Assembly: GCA_951406725.2 (NCBI GenBank) | Contig: OX597832.1 | Coordinates: forward strand, 5,642,001 to 5,706,000 | Length of the DNA: 64,000 nucleotides | Direction of reading: 5' to 3' | From: Octopus vulgaris | Taxonomy: Eukaryota | Shown here: positions 13,776-26,675 of the stretch, piece after piece | Position numbering within the stretch: the stretch's first letter is position 1 | Layout: each line of letters starts with the position of its first letter | The notes under the pieces: generated by a model | The model's input: the letters and a program-made list of their open reading frames with translations, nothing else | Databases searched by the model: none | Told to the model about the DNA's origin: nothing | Program-made: the position numbers and the translations under genes

Positions 13776-14649
13776 AACATTATTAATAGATTGAATCAAT
13801 CTCCTGGTTTGTTCTAGTAAGAAAAACAATTATATCATTTGAAGAAGATTGTAGAAATCTTACACAACAAAAACAGCAAAGGAGACAACAAAAAGCTATA
13901 ACTAAGATTTCATAACTGATTCTTCATCTTCCATTTGTTTTACCTATGATTGCACATGCGCTTCATGACAAGGATTATAATGTCTGTGTACAGACACAAA
14001 CAAGTTTGAGTGACAATATTATATCTTTCCTAAAATCCAAAGAACTACAATGATGATGATTATGAAGAAGAAAGATCATGATGGAATTACATAAAAACAA
14101 TGTATACTAAATTACATTCAATTACCATGTTATATCAATAACTTGGACTTAAAACTGCAGATAAAGACAAATCAAAATCGTAAAAAAAAAAGGAAACCTA
14201 AGCTATAAAAAATAATAGCATTCCCACAACCAAGAAGACACTACACCAGGTTCCTGTATATGTTGTACGAATATTCCAGCTGTTTAATCAGTGACACTCA
14301 TCATGAATTAAAATGTAAATGGTTGAATATACCACAGACATTGGCACTCTTAATTTAATTTTCAGACACTTTGTAACAATACCCTGTTTTCAAATCTAAA
14401 GTAGTCTATCTGATAGACATCCACACAGTTTCTGTCAATTGAACTTCCCTCACATGGCTTCGCTTGACCCAAGTAGAGAACATATGTCCAATGTTGCTCA
14501 GTGGCTCAATAAAACATAAACAAAAAAAAAATTTCTATGTCAAGATCAAGTATAAACCCCTTCTATGTTCAATCAACTGGCTATGATAGTAACATGATTC
14601 AAAATCATAACGTTATTTTTATGACAAAGAAGTGAAAAACAAAAAGACA

Positions 14650-14985
14650 GCAATTACACATGACTGTTAAGAATGGCTCTGAATGTTACATAGAGAGCTC
14701 ATTTAACCAATGAGCAGCTTTATCAAGATTTACCCAAAGTGACGGAGAAGATTCAACAGAGAAGAATGAGAATTGCTGGTCATTGAGTCAGGCACCCAGA
14801 AGAACCTGTGTGTCAACTGGTTATGGCAGTCAGTTGAAGGGAGAATCAACAGAGGAAGTGGACAACTTGCTCCAGGACAGTGGAATAGCAAAGGTTGACA
14901 AATTAAGAACATGTACGGGGTACTATGATGGATGGCATGCTCGCATGAAATCACTGAAGCATCCAGGAAGACAGCCAAACTAATT
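14650..14985 (+). mobile_element. Old RTE/RTEX LINE 3' fragment
   Basis: LLRMALNVT*RAHLTNEQLYQDLPKVTEKIQQRRMRIAGH*VRHPEE is the same region as the 2851-3183 fragment. Confidence 0.75.
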
Positions 14986-15691
14986 TCATTAAAGTTGTAT
15001 TTAGTTACTGAGCAACATCCAGAAAAAGTATCCTGTTATAGTTTTGAGTTGATTAAGTCTATAAGTTTACTTGGAGAGGCCTACTTCTTCCTCTTAAGTA
15101 ACACAATAAGTTATCAATAAAACTGATAAACATTTCCTACTGTCTCATTAAAAATTTTCCAATCAATTACTTCACAATTTAATCATAATGATCCTTTCAT
15201 TGTTACAACTATCTTTAATGCACTGAATTCCTTGATCTTTAAAAGATAGAAGCCAAACAAGCTGAGTCATATTTATAGACATCTGGTCTTGCTGTGCAAT
15301 TAAGTCTGCAAGGACCTTTGTGAAAACATGGGATTGCAACTGAACCATCAGGTTTCATTGCAATTTAATAACTCATCAGAATTTACATACTCTTCCTTTG
15401 TAAGATGTTAAGTGACAATAGTGGAAGACTGAAAACTACTTGTTAAATGTAAACAAGAATGTGCCTAAACATAACTCAATTACATAATGGTACAATTGAC
15501 TCTTGGACATTATGAATAAATAAGTATAAAGAGTGATATTTGTATATAATTAGTGTCACATTGAATTAAGCCATATGGTCTTTTATTACATGTTATTTAA
15601 ATGTGCTGGCAAATGAGCAGTGCCACCTTTTTATAGTCTTTTTACTAATTTTAGTCATTGAACTGCATCTATGATTTCAGTGATATTGAAT

Positions 15692-15723
<32 letters not shown>

Positions 15724-16589
15724 CATCACCTCTCTGTATTTATGTATTCGTGGCCCAGGGCAACACTGGTACTCCAGTAAAGATACTGTAGACATTTTTA
15801 TCATAACGTACTCATATTTTAACAAAACCAGAAAGATATCAAGAGTATGATGAATGAGACTTGAAATAGTTACAATAAGAAAGTCAAAACAGACTACTGA
15901 TATTGGCAATAATATGTTTCCATTTAATGTTTTTTTTGTAAACTATTTTTCATTTTATTCTGTTTCCTTTCCTCTTTCTCCCTAAATTCATACCTCCTCT
16001 CTCTTGTTTTCTATTTTCTCCATTTTTAAAATTATTTTTCCTCATTTTTGTTTATATTCTACCTTCCTTCTGCTTATATGCTTTACACATTACATTCTAA
16101 CACATGCATACACCTCTATTGGCTTCATCATTCCCCTCCACGTGCCACACAATTTTCTTTTCTCATAATAACACAAAAAATAGTGTTATATTGTAATTTT
16201 TCTTTCTCCATTCTCTCTTTTCTTCTCTCATTTCTCTATCTCACACCCATACACTTGCACACACTGCTACCACATCTCTCATATATTTCTTACTTTCTTT
16301 TTCACCTCATACAAGCACCTACTGCTACTGCCTCACTTCCATACTTTCCTCTTGCACAAAATGATTTATACAAACACACCAACCACCCACCCACACCCCC
16401 ACTATTGTATACCACTGAGCTTCTGCACCTCTACAGATATATACACACATACACCTCCATCCTTAAGCAAATACACTTCCCTCCTCTCATCTTAATCCTC
16501 CTCTTAGAACTGCATACCCATGTGGCCCCTTAACCCACTCATCAATTCATTTTTTTCTCTATCCAGTTTTTCACTTTCACTCTCCTCCT

Positions 16590-16735
16590 TTACTAATCTT
16601 CTGTATTTTTTTTTCTCTCTGACAAAAGACTAGTGTCCGAAATGTCAAAACTTTCTCCTCTCTTTTATACTTTAAGCTAAGACAGTATTTGTAAAAACTT
16701 GACCTTCCAGAATTTTCTTCTTTCATAGCTTCCAT
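16590..16735 (+). mobile_element. Penelope-like terminal-repeat remnant with degenerate hammerhead core
   Basis: ctgacaaaagactagtgtccgaaatgtc (16619-16646) resembles CTGACGA-AGGAC-tagt-GTCC-GAAACGTC with CpG decay, and follows a pyrimidine-rich tract. Confidence 0.55.
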
Positions 16736-16914
16736 ATTATATACACACACATATATATATATATACACACACGTGTGTATCTATAGATACATACAAGTAT
16801 AAATATACATGTCCATGCATAAATATATACACATACATACATATACACATATATATGGATACACATACAAGGATATATATATATATAGTGTACATGTATA
16901 TATATATATATATA

Positions 16915-17105
16915 GTTAATCCAAACATGAAAACACAAAGAGAAAACACAACAACGCGAGGATGTGGAACAAGTATAGTATTATCGGACGCTCAGGAAAG
17001 AAGGAGTTTCAAGCAGAGCTCTTCGTCAGAAACATAAGAAAAGGAAAGATCCAAAGAAGGGAAGACAGAGGGGAAAAAATCGCCAACGGTACACATGCGG
17101 TCACA
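16915..17105 (-). mobile_element. Penelope-like terminal-repeat remnant
   Basis: Minus strand ctgacgaagagctctgcttgaaac (17006-17029) has a CTGACGA...GAAAC core. Bounded on the left by (TA)n. Confidence 0.55.
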
Positions 17106-17149
17106 AAGAACAAAAAAGCAACATGGGCTGGATAAATGCATATGTATCA

Positions 17150-17186
<37 letters not shown>

Positions 17187-17720
17187 GAAACACAAACTTC
17201 TCACCCATCTGATCTTGGCTTTAATCCCACTGTATGGCACCTTGGGCAAATGTCTCTATAGCCTTAGGATGACCAAAGCCTTGTAGATGGATTTGGTAGA
17301 CAGAAACTGAAAGAAGTATATCATGCATACGTGTGTGTGTGTGTGTGTGACTGCATTTGTTTACATATGTGCTGCTCTGAAAAATTCCATCAGCTACAAG
17401 TAGAGATGCTATCATCACTAGTCTTATCAACAATTTATCTGCTGGTTTTGTTACTTTCAAGAAATGTGGAATAAGAAAATAATCAAAAAACAAGTAAAGG
17501 TTAGCAACAGGAAAGCATTCAAGTGTAAAACAATGATCCATTAAAATACTCAGCTAACCCATGCTAGCATAGCAAAACATATAAAAATGAATGAAACACA
17601 TACACATATCTAAAAATATACATACACACATATATCATATATATATGTGTGTGTGTGTGTGTGTATGATATGTGCATCATATATATATATACACACACAT
17701 ACATCATATATATAAACATT

Positions 17721-17764
<44 letters not shown>

Positions 17765-18120
17765 CATAGGTAGGGGGGCTCTAAAAGGGGTCTCAGGGAG
17801 TAACGTCCCTGCCTTCTTGAGCTAGTTTACCACCACATTTCTTAAAAATCATGGTAGAAGCCTTGGTCTCAGGACTACTCATGTCTAGAAACTGATATTG
17901 GGATTAAGCAAGGGCATGCTCCTCGTAGAAAATCCAGCTCCAAAAGGAGAATGGGCACCAACCAGTCCAAAGGTTGGGGTGGGCTGCACCTGCCTACTAC
18001 AGTTGCTATGGCATTGAAGTAGATCCGGCAACCCTCATTAACAGGGACCAAACCCAGATTTAACACACTGGATGATGATACACACATACATATATTAACT
18101 ATATATATATATATATATAT

Positions 18121-18968
18121 ACGGCAGTGAAACATGGGCTGTGATTGTGGAGGACATTCATAGGCTTGAAAGAAATTAAGCTAGCATGATCCGCTGGATG
18201 TGTAATGTCAGTGTCCATGCACGACAGAGTGTAAGCACCCTGAGAAAAATGTTGGACATAAGAAGCATCGAATGTGGCATGCAGGAGACATGGTCATGTA
18301 CTATGGATGGATGAGGAGAGATGTGTGAAAAAGTGCCACTCCCAAACTGTTGAAGGAATCCAGGGTAGAGGTAGATCCAGGAAGACATGGTATGAGGTGG
18401 TCAAGCATGACCTTCATTCGTTGGGCTTCACAGAGGCTATGACGAAAGACCGAGACCTCTGGAGATATGCTGTGACTGCGAAGACCTAACAAATGAAGTG
18501 AGTTCATGGCTTGCAGGACGGCCTGCTGTGCTGACCTTGGATTGTAGAATGACCCGCTGTGCTTGAGGAGACCTATTGAGTCAAGTATGTCAACACCAAC
18601 ATCAAAATAAAAATCAAATGGAAATTGTAGTTATGATACCCATGCCGGTGGCACGTTAAAAGCTCCATCCGAATGTGACTGATGCCAGTGCCACTTGACT
18701 GGCGTCCATGTCAGTGACACGTAAAAAACACCAACCGATCGTGGCCATTTGCCAGCCTCCTCTGGCCCTTATGCCAGTGGCACGTAAAAAGCACCCACTA
18801 CACTCACGGAGTGGTTGGCGTTAGGAAGGGTATCCAGCTGTAGAAACACTACAAGATCAGACTGGAACCTGGCGCAGCCTCCTGGCTTCCCAGACCCTGA
18901 ACGAACCGTCCAGCCCATGCTAGCATGGAAAACGGACGTTAAACGATGGTGATGATGATCATCATCAT
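18121..18968 (+). mobile_element. RTE LINE 3' end with 3' UTR and (GAT)n tail
   Basis: HGHVLWMDEERCVKKC..VEGIQGRGRSRKTW.EVVKHDL...MTKDRDLWR is an RTE C-terminus. The 3' UTR has repeated gtggcacgtaaaaagcacc units and ends gacgttaaacgatg(at)n. 5'-truncated at (TA)n. Confidence 0.88.
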
Positions 18969-18979
18969 CTATATACATA

Positions 18980-19024
<45 letters not shown>

Positions 19025-19097
19025 TATACACACACATACATATATACACATACATCATATATATACATACATCATATATACATACATACATCACACA

Positions 19098-20180
19098 CAA
19101 GGTGTGATGGGTAGATTGTTGCCATTTTATATTTTTAATTCTAAGCGTGCACATTGTTTGTTTTTAATTTTGTTAACTACACAGTATAGTAGGGTCAGTT
19201 GGGCACCGTCTGTGAGAAAAACAGTACCATAATGCAAGAAATTTGGAAATGGCATGCTGTACTGCTTGGCATTTGAGCCGGAAGCTCTAATATGAACATT
19301 TCATAGTGTTTGGTTGTCAATCTGAGGACAGTGTAGAGGATTCAGAAAGTATTGGATGAGTCTAATGATGATTATGAAGGTACAGCAGCTCAGAAAACTC
19401 ACTCTGAGTGTTCTGATAAGAAAAGGACTCATTTATTTGATGGTGGGATCCAGGCCATGATTGACAACGATCCCTCCAAGTTAATCAGGTCCATCACCAT
19501 GGACCTGGAAGAGTCTGAGTTTCTTATCAGGCAGGTAGTGCATGAAGACGGCGAGCTGGCAGAAACGTTAGCACACCGGGTGAAATGCTTAGCAGTATTT
19601 CGTCTGCGTTACGTTGTGAGTTCAAATTCTGCCGAGGTCGACTTTGCCTTTCATCCTTTCGGGGTCGATAAATTAAGTACCAGTTACGCACTGGGGTCGA
19701 TGTAATCGACTTAATACCTATGTCAGTCCTTGTTTGTCCCCTCTATTTTTAGCCCCTTGTGGGTAATAAAGAAATAGGTAGTGCATGAAGACATTTGGCA
19801 TTCCTCAAAAATGAGAAAAGGCCAATTTTTATCCAAAGCAATCAAGGACAAGAGGAAAGACCATGCTACAAAGCTTTTGAACAAACTCAGACATCCCCTC
19901 CAACCGAACATGCTTTGGTTTCTCTCAAACGAGAAACATTTCTACCAGGATCAGATGGTGAACACAGAACAACTGCTGGCTTGTCATGCCCCCAAAACAT
20001 ATACTGAGAGTGACAAAAATCAAACATCCAGTCAACATCATGGAGTTTGGAGTGATCACTAGTGATGGCGATGTTATGCCTCCATTCATCTTCCCACACA
20101 ACTTCACACTCAACATGGAGGCCTACATCAAGCGTCTGGAGGAGGTAGTGCTGCCCTGGGTCAAGGGGGTGGTTGTTAGA
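19098..20180 (+). mobile_element. Truncated Tc1/mariner-superfamily transposon (maT/DD37D-like), interrupted by a SINE
   Basis: Peptides AMIDNDPSK.IRSI..DL..SEFLIRQVVHEDI, MRKGQFLS, KLLNKLRHP, WFLSNEKHF.QD, KHPVNIMEFGVITSDGDVMPPFIFP...YIKRLEEVVLPW. The 3' part is lost at (TA)n. Confidence 0.8.
19547..19776 (+). mobile_element. Young full-length Meta-domain tRNA SINE with TSD
   Basis: Direct repeat aggtagtgcatgaagac at 19533-19549 and 19776-19792. B box gagttcaaattc. CpGs mostly intact. Confidence 0.92.
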
Positions 20181-23100
20181 ATATATATATATATATATAT
20201 ATACATGTCGTTTATATATATATTGTACACACATACACATGTGCATGTATATATTACTCTCAATGTCCTCTCGTATCTACCATCACACCTCACTTACTAT
20301 AGACCCCTGAGCCACTCATCTCTCTTATCATCATTCACTACATACACCTCTACCCACATCTTTTACCCTCTATCCCCACCCCATGTGAGACACTGTATCT
20401 TGAGATGCTCCTGCATACCACTACCACTTCTATTTTCTTTCCAGCTATTCTCACCCATCCTTGTATCATGTGGGTTAGCCTTGTATCTCCATTAGATCTT
20501 CCATCACATTCAAGCCTCTCAAAACTTGGCCTAGGACTATTGCCCCTCCCCTTCTCGAATACTAACCCTCCTCATTGAAGAGGTATTTTTTTCTTTTCCT
20601 TTTCGTCCCCCACCCTTTTTTTTTCCTTCTTCCTATTCCTTTGTTGGCAACTTCTCCACCACTGGCGGCACAGAAAAACCATCCAAAAGAGAAAAGTGTT
20701 AGGAAGAGTATTCAACCGTAGAAGCTATGCAAAAGCTGACACTGGAACTTGACACTTGCAGCTTGATGGATCCTGTCAAACCATTCAACCCATACCAACA
20801 TGGAAAATGGATGTTAAACGATGATGATGATATTGGTATACATCAACAGTATTCTACACTCTTAATTAAGCAGAACAGCTACGTTGCTTGTTATTTCTAT
20901 TTCTAGTTATAGCAAATCGCTGCAAACTACAACTCCATGAATGTAGCATGTCTGATTGTGTTGTGAACGAATATTCAAATGTTAACTCAGTCTATCTCCA
21001 ATTCTAGCCAGCCATAATAAAGTTAACGATGGTAGATTTAATTTCACACCACCTATTTTAGTATTGTTTACAAAGTAAAGACGAACAACTCTGACAGAGG
21101 AACATGTGTTAAAATCTTTCAAAATTTACTCAAAGTGTGATAATAATAGAACGATGCTGAATCCGTGATTTGTAAAGTACTACAGAACACACTTCATTCA
21201 TATAAAGAACATAATACACAGACACACTTTATTGACATAATATGAAAACACACACACTCTCACAAACACACACTTTCTTTACAAAGGTGCTTGCTTGATG
21301 ATATTATCTAACAGCATTGTAAATATTAGGAACAAATGTTAAAAGATGAGACACTCTTTCCAGGTTATTTTCTTTGTTGGAAATCAAATGACAATGAAAG
21401 CAGCTTTGTTCATAAAGTATAAAGTTGGCTAGATATCCAGCCACTTGTATATTTATCTAATGTAAGGCTCAATTAACAAGACTGCACTAGCCACAATTAT
21501 TAATTCATGTGGTTGTTATGTCTCTCTCCTAATTAAGTAGGAAAAAAATAGATTTAATCAGAAATTAAAACTATGTAGTTGTTTAACCACAAGTCAGCCC
21601 TGATTAGGCAGACTTTCAAAAATCAAAGTATTCCAGTCATGACTGCCTTGTCGTTTTTTTCCCAAACAGTATAACCCATGTCAGCATGGAAGGTGGATGT
21701 TAAACGATGCTGATATATCTCGTTATATTTATTTAATGTTGTAGAGTGTGATTTTCAACAAGATACAGCTGCTATTTCTAGTAAATTGAGCAATCACAAA
21801 GAGACTTGTTTATTGGCTTAAAACCAGCCTGTTACCAGACACTAACTAACACATAATCAGTAATTTCCACTCACCAGTTCAACCTATACAGTGCAGTTGA
21901 TTTTGTTTTTCCTTTTTTTTATGCATGACTCTCCTTCCTCATGCCATTTGTTTTAACTACTACCTTCCAGCTAATATGTGACTGGTATAACTGGTTCAAG
22001 GATATACTAGACAATGACTATAGCATTTGAATTTTATTTTCAAACAAAATATTTTGATCAATATGTATAGCATGTACTTGAAACAGAAAATTAAGGGAAA
22101 AACAACAGATGGTATAAAATCTGCAAATGAGGTTAAGTTTTGCTGAAATGACAAAAGCGAGTAGATTAAGTTATCACAGAAGGTTGTTATAAAATACAGA
22201 AAAATAAGAAAGAGAGTTACTTCAGAATTATTAAATTATCTCGCAGACTTTTAACAACAAAATATAATACGAAAAGTAAAAATTACCAGATTACCAGAGA
22301 TTTGTTTCTTTTTGTATTATGGTACTTAAAAACTATTTCTCTTTGTCCAGGAGAGGATTTCAATGTAACATACTATAATGAAACATTTGTCAATTTTTGA
22401 GAAATTGTCCTCAATGCTGAACTGTTATCTTTCATATTATCTTCTTACTATTTGTCAGACTAAGTCAACAAAAGACTACAGCTGTTTTATTTGTTCAGCC
22501 ACAAATCAATTCTGATCCATGAAATCTATGATTAAAGCATTGCAGCCTTGACAATTCAGTCATCTATCTCAAGTGGTGTAAAAAGGACTACATAATCTGT
22601 GATAAATCTGTCTATTTTTTAAAACAGCTTGGGTATGATTTGTGGAGATCTGGCTGCTATTTCTAACAGACTGAACAACTGCATAGAGCCTCCCTCACTA
22701 AAGTAATGGAATCTCTATGATTAACAACCACGAAAGTGCAGACAAAAAGATGTCAATCTATTGGCACCACCGTCACTCGGCTATGAAGATCGTACATTAT
22801 GCAAATACATAAAGAAAAAATGTCAAACTTTAAAAGGGACATAAGATAAATGGCTCAGGCCTCGATTTGATATTCACAAATTTAAAACTTTATTATGGAC
22901 TTGTATACTATATCAAGAATAAGGTTTTCTTTTTTGTTTTTGTTCACTACTTACTCTGTCAAGTAAATATCAAACTTAAGTTGTATATTGGTTGACTTTC
23001 AAATAGCAGCTATGAGAAGAGATTTGTTCAAATTTATATGAACATAAGCAAATAGACAATAGATGGAAAATTAGCTGAAATATATTGTAAGTTTGAAAAG

Positions 23101-23524
23101 ACAAAAATGTTTTCAAATTTGAAAATCAACCTACAAGTTTATATTTAAATTATATTATTGTTTTTCTTTTTAACTTTTATCTTAACATTAGATTTGGTTG
23201 ATTTCTTAAAAATTTTTTTACAAGAAAAAGCATGAAAAACAAATTCTCTTGTAAGGGTGGTTTGAAATAGATAATGGAAACCCTCTAGGTAGGGAGGAAG
23301 GCTTGAGTTTCTAACAAGAAACTTACATCTAAAACTAATCCTGTAGGAAAATAGATAAATAATATATTAATACAAGAGATTTGCTGAACACCTGTAAGTT
23401 ATCAAGATGATTATCTGGTAACTAATTTAACAATCATTGAAAAATTTACAACTTTAGAAAAGCTTTGCAAGAAGGAAAACCATCTAGTAATATTATCAAT
23501 TGCAGTAAATAAAATGTTGATAAC

Positions 23525-23960
23525 AGCTTCTAATTCAGGCACAGAGCCAAAAATCTTAAGGGGAGGAGGAGTAGTTGGTACCATCATCCCTAGTATTTGA
23601 CTGGTACTTTGTATCATTGACCCCAAAAGGATTAAAGACAAAACTGACCTTGCCAGTATTTGGACTTAGAACAAAGTGCCAGAAGAAATACTGCAAAACA
23701 TTTTTACCCAATACTCTGCCAGATCATTGCCTTAATGATAACTGTTTCTGACTTAGTGAAAAAGCCAGCAATTTTGGGGAAGGAAGTTAGTTGGTATAAT
23801 CAACCTCAGAACTACAATTATACTTTATTTTATCAACATCCAAAGGATGAAAGACAATGTTGACCTTTATGCAATTTGAATTCAAAACATAAGGGCTTAA
23901 AGAATAACCACAAAGCATCTTTTTGGGGCTGTAACAATTCAGTCAAACCAGCATTCTAAT
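23525..23960 (-). mobile_element. Two old tandem Meta-domain SINE copies
   Basis: Degenerate gactggtactt...ccccaaaaggat...gacctt...atttgaa matches, same orientation. Confidence 0.65.
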
Positions 23961-24299
23961 GATAATATTTTGAGATCATAAACTACAAGGGGTCACCCTT
24001 GGAAAGGTTAGGCCTATCACAAAGGGAGGAGGGTCTCTTTAGCCTTGGCTGGCAAGTTACCTAGAGATGATGTCTAAATAAAAACACTGATGGTAGCAAC
24101 ACATCAACACCACAGTTTAACTAATGAGTGTAATGCCAAACAAAAAGTAATTATCACAATTGTATTATGGAACTGGATACTCAAGTAAAGGTCTCTTGCA
24201 AGTGTTCCACTCTGCAGCATATGGTAATTAGTGCACTTCACATATCACCCATACTGCTACCTAAGGAGCAACAGATACTGGAACTGATGGATGCAATGT

Positions 24300-25020
24300 T
24301 GACTTGCAGAAAAGTGCCATCCTGTATTTTGCAAGAATCCTAAGAAAGTTTCTTGAGATTTGAGGAAACTTCTTAACATCAAACCTTGGGGAAAAAATCC
24401 CTGCTGAATTTTAGGAGGTGGAGATTAGATGATTACATCAACCCCAATGCTTAACTGGTACTTATTTTATTGACCTTGAAAGGATGAACAGTAAAGTCAA
24501 TCCCAGTGGAATTTGAAAGGAAAAGGCTAGTCAATAAACTGAATGCAAATCTTAACTTCCTTTTATCAACTCTGAGGTAAACATTTTTATAAAATCAAGA
24601 AATTTCGAAATATACAAAAAGATAAAAACCATTCCATGGAATATACAATTTAAGGCTCAAAAGAGAGGAGACAAGAATGAAAACCAATAACAGTTCAAAG
24701 GTTCTGGATTAAAATCAGAAACAGAAGGTTCTAATTTTAGCTGCACAAGAACAAAGCATAGACACCAGAAAAACAAAAACTATCAGAACAAAAATAATGA
24801 AACAAGAGACTAAAAGAAACAATTTACTCTACCATTTATAGTTGCACATGGTCTTTGCACATATATCCATAGGCATGATCAAGTGATTATGTTCATTGAG
24901 TTATATACACAAGACCAAAGTGTAACAACTATGAAATGGTTAAAGCATGTACCAAGCACAGTACAAAACAATGATTAGAGACAAACCTCCCAGATTGACA
25001 AGGCCAACAATCCAAGATCA
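24300..25020 (+). mobile_element. Old R4/Dong-like fragments
   Basis: LQKSAILYFARILRKFLEI* (24303-24363) and SGLKSETEG..LAAQEQSIDTR (24703-24770) plus RHDQV, homologous to 3222-4366. A SINE fragment lies between them. Confidence 0.65.
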
Positions 25021-25914
25021 AAACTTGTAAAAACTGTCAGAATACAAGGGTCTTCTTAAAATGGATAAGGACTCAATGCTAATTTGAGCATTAGTCATAT
25101 GTTGGCCAGTCTCTTTCTCTTTGTCATGATAGAGGAATGTGGAAATAGAAAGCATTGGCTGTGGTGACAGAAGAGAAAGTATCATAAAAAGAGGAAGATG
25201 AAAATAGATAAACAAGTGGCAGATTGATGAGCTGGGGGGGGGGGTAGAAAATAGCCATTAGTTAGTCAGCAAGACAGTGAAATATAGGAACGGATAGAAA
25301 AAATGGCAAAAGGGGAAGAGAGCAAAAGTAAGAGGATAAAGATCTACAAGAAGGAGAATTACAATAATAAAATAGAGTTTTTTGTGAACTGAATAGGTTA
25401 GGAAATGAAGGGGAGAAGTGCATGCAAGTTTTCATTAAAAGGGTAAAAGAGAACTACATCTACAGACAAGAAAAGATGTAATGAAATATACAAGTGGGTC
25501 ATCTAGAATAGTGAAGGGGAGAGAGAGAGAAAGTGAGTCAGAAGGTGAAATAACTTTCCAAACAAGTAACTGGAAGTCAAAGTCAGAGAAAGAATACAGC
25601 TTTAAACTGCAGAGAGAAGGCTAAGATTTTCACAAGAAGTCAATGCTCAAAGTGACTTGGAATGAAGGAGTGCTACAAAACACAAAAAAATGCAAGAAAC
25701 AAACAGAAACAAAGCTCAAGGAGGAAGAATAAGAAAAATTAAAGGAAACAAAAATGTAACCCAATAGTAAAATGGAACTAGTTGTGAAGCAAAAGGATGA
25801 AAAATTACTGAAAGGAAGCAGAAATAAACATGATCATTTTTGACAAGAATGAAGACCCCCTTCAGTCATGAATGACCATGAGATTGCACCTAAAAAGTTC
25901 CTCTTCAAGGCACA

Positions 25915-26060
25915 AGTCCTGAAATTTAATCAGTTTGTGCCAGTCACGAGACCAAGCATCCCTGCAAGTTTCATCCAAATCCATCCAGTATTTCTTGAGA
26001 TATCTTGTCCATGGACAAACAAACACGACTGTAAACAATACCTCCACTAAGGCAAATGTA
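25915..26060 (+). mobile_element. Helentron/HINE-like non-autonomous element end
   Basis: caagtttcatccaaatccatccag...tgagatatc...acaaacaaacacgactg.aaacaatacctcc resembles the layout of DINE-1/HINE-like elements recalled from aquatic animals. Recognition only. Confidence 0.4.
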
Positions 26061-26075
26061 GTAGTAGTAGTAGTA

Positions 26076-26109
<34 letters not shown>

Positions 26110-26110
<1 letters not shown>

Positions 26111-26675
26111 CTTTTCTCCTATAGGCACAAGGCCTGCATTTTGTGGAGAGGGGGATAGGCGATCACATTGATCCCAGTACTCAACTGGTACTTAATTCAT
26201 TGACTCCAAAAAGATGAAAAGCAAAGTCAACCTCTGCAGAATTTGAACTCAGAACGTAGCAGCAGACGAAATATCACTAAGCATTTCGCTCAGCATGCTA
26301 ACAATTCTGCCAGCTTGCCACCTTAATAATAATAATAATAATAATTGTTTTAAATTTTGGCAAAAGGCTAGCAAATTTAAGGAGAGGAAGTTAGTCTATT
26401 GTACTGATCCCTGTTCTTGACTGGTACTTTATTTTACCAATCCCAGCATTATGAAAACAAAGTTGACTTTGGCAAGATTCGAACTGAGAATATTAAGAGC
26501 AAAAAGAAATGCTGTAAAGCATTTTTATCTGTGTGCTAATGGTTCTACCAGCCCACCATTTTTAATAATAATTTCTAATTTTGAAGAGAAGGGGTTAGCT
26601 GATACTATCAAATCTAGTACCTGATAGGTACTTTGTCTCTTAGTGGATTGAAAGGAAAAATTGACCTTGACGTGA
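26110..26675 (-). mobile_element. Three tandem Meta-domain SINE copies separated by (AAT)n
   Basis: Repeated caactggtactt...aaagtcaacct...gaatttgaactcagaa...ctgccagc units. Confidence 0.8.
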
